Shown here: one piece after another, positions 62,503-64,000 of the stretch | How the letters are laid out: each line of letters starts with the position of its first letter | How positions within the stretch are numbered: the stretch's first letter is position 1 | Assembly (NCBI GenBank): GCA_963753975.1 | Contig: CAVWEH010000001.1 | Span: forward strand, 32,001 to 96,000 | Source of the DNA: an uncultured delta proteobacterium | Lineage (GTDB): Bacteria > Desulfobacterota > Syntrophia > Syntrophales > Smithellaceae | DNA: 64,000 nt | Direction of reading: 5' to 3' | Notes under the pieces: generated by a model | Database searches by the model: none | Told to the model about the DNA's origin: nothing | The model's input: only the letters and a program-made list of their open reading frames with translations | Made by a program: the position numbers and the translations under genes

Positions 62503-62676
62503 CCATTATTGAAGTATATTGAAGATGTCTTTAAAAAGTTAGATGAATTGCCGGGAACATACATTTTACAGTGGAAGCAAATGACGGGAACATCTTTTCA
62601 TCCCGGCATTGCCCTCTTTAGGGTTCCGAATTCAATGCTATTTAATACGTGAATTAACGATTAAGGAGAAAATGTT

Positions 62677-63054
62677 ATGTGGGAAAAAAAGCAAGAAAGC
62701 GAAGAAATCAAAGCGATTTTAGGCAAAGGAGCAGAGTTTGTCGGAAAGCTTATTTTTAATGGATCCGTCCGCATCGATGGCGATTTTCAAGGTGAAATTC
62801 ATGGACAAGGATCATTGGTTGTCGGAGAAGGTGCACTGGTAAAAGCTAACATCGCGGTTAAAAATATTTACCTAGGCGGCGAAGTACAGGGCAACATTGA
62901 AGCTAAAGAAAAAATTACTATCCATTCCACGGGCAAATTTTTGGGCGATGTACAGACACCGATACTTATTATGGAAGAGGGCGCTTTTTTTAGCGGTAAA
63001 TCGCATATGTCCGAAGCCGTGGAAAAGAAAATTGATGATCATCAAGCAGATTGA
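62677..63054 (+). CDS. Bactofilin (polymer-forming cytoskeletal protein)
   Basis: ILGKGAEFVGKL, VRIDG, MEEGAFFSG. Confidence 0.9.
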   Translation: MWEKKQESEEIKAILGKGAEFVGKLIFNGSVRIDGDFQGEIHGQGSLVVGEGALVKANIAVKNIYLGGEVQGNIEAKEKITIHSTGKFLGDVQTPILIMEEGAFFSGKSHMSEAVEKKIDDHQAD

Positions 63055-63401
63055 ACGGCAGCAAAATTATTACAAATCCGGTAACTTAAAAGTGTAATAA
63101 TTACCAACTGTTTTAATCGTTTCGAGCTTATCACTATCGTTGATAATATGGATCAGGGAAAATTAGACTGCCGGTCATAAAAAAGCTTGACAAGCAATCA
63201 AGGTTATGATTAGTAACCCACAAGTTTTGGGTATCAATGGTAAGGTCTTTTCTGCTTATACATTAAACATATTCAAAACATCCTTAGAGTAATTAGAAAT
63301 TTATCCGTTTGAGGGTATGCATATTAATGAAAGCGGCCGAGTGAGCAAAAGGAATGTTAAACACTCGGCTTTTTTTATGAAAAAATGCAATGAGGTAGAG
63401 A

Positions 63402-63836
63402 ATGGTTACTGTCATTCCTGATTATACGCTGTTGATCCAAATAGTTACGTTCCTAGCATTAATTTATATCCTTAATTTTCTTCTTTTCAAACCGATTCTC
63501 AATATAATTGACCGCCGTAAAAAAAAGCTGGAAGAATTAGAAAACGAAATCAAGCTGTTTAACGATTCCGTGGATAAAAGAGCGGCTGAATATGATGAAA
63601 AACTCAAACAAGCCAAAACAAATGCTTCCGAATTAAAAAAAGAAATAATCAAAGAAGGGGATAATCAGGCTAAAGGCATAATTGATATTGTCCGTGGTGA
63701 AATACCTTTAATGACACAAGAATTTCAAAAAAAAATGGACGAAGAAATCCAAGCCGCGCAGAAAATTTTGCATAATCAATCCCGAAAGCTGTCTTTGGAG
63801 ATTGCCGAAAAAGTGTTGGGAAGGAGCGTGCAATGA
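63402..63836 (+). CDS. atpF: ATP synthase F0 subunit b'
   Basis: TLLIQIVTFL...LFKPIL, coiled coil, IAEKVLGR. Confidence 0.88.
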   Translation: MVTVIPDYTLLIQIVTFLALIYILNFLLFKPILNIIDRRKKKLEELENEIKLFNDSVDKRAAEYDEKLKQAKTNASELKKEIIKEGDNQAKGIIDIVRGEIPLMTQEFQKKMDEEIQAAQKILHNQSRKLSLEIAEKVLGRSVQ

Positions 63837-64000
63837 AAAATTCACCTCAATCGGTGGCACGGCCTTCGTTATTCTTTTTGTTATCCTTGATTTTTTTATT
63901 TTTTATTTCCGTATCCGTTGCTTATGCTTCCGGCGGCGAAAGCGGTCATGAATCAAGTAAATGGTGGGATTTCGGTTGGAAGACATTCGATTTTATCGTG
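63833..64000 (+). CDS. atpF: ATP synthase F0 subunit b, 5' part (truncated by window edge)
   Basis: ATGA overlap; MKNSPQ...AYASGGESGH...WWDFGWKTFDFIV. Confidence 0.75.
   Translation, partial: MKNSPQSVARPSLFFLLSLIFLFFISVSVAYASGGESGHESSKWWDFGWKTFDFIV

Noticed and set aside
62571..62660. Guanidine/ykkC riboswitch or HDV-like ribozyme
   Set aside because: TAGGGTTCCG is present but the other ykkC elements are missing; an HDV topology lacks the catalytic C and a full P1.

Overview
Bacterial chromosomal window, most consistent with an anaerobic syntrophic Desulfobacterota (Syntrophales/Smithella-like; inferred from gene content and order). Housekeeping blocks are gltX + tRNA-Gln/Glu, yceD-rpmF-acpP-fabF-glyA-nrdR-rib-nusB, ppiD, mreBCD-mrdA-rodA and the start of the atp operon. 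Accessory content includes acyl-CoA metabolism genes, an uncharacterised glycyl-radical-enzyme operon, MarR-EmrAB efflux, an ABC exporter, USP + P-type H+-ATPase, TPM/LemA genes and a TA pair. The most notable structure is at about 46.4-54.6 kb, next to tRNA-Leu(CAA) and a decayed phage-type integrase. It holds integron attC cassettes with no intI in the window, four of which encode HEPN-like proteins. These cassettes and other cargo genes sit in tandem units bounded by a spacing-conserved bipartite site (GATTA-N4-TTGAAA-N4-GCAT-N28-ACAGGAAGAA | N12 | TACACCTAC-N34-GATTA-N4-TTGAAA). Half-copies of that site also occur near 0.3, 1.1, 26.9 and 28.8 kb, suggesting an undescribed family of small non-autonomous integrative elements. 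Also seen: an atypical UCA-anticodon tRNA opposite a LysR gene, a fabD remnant, REP-like repeats, IS200/IS605-like miniature elements, and three single-base frameshifts that may be sequencing errors. All alignments were done by eye; no database searches were run.
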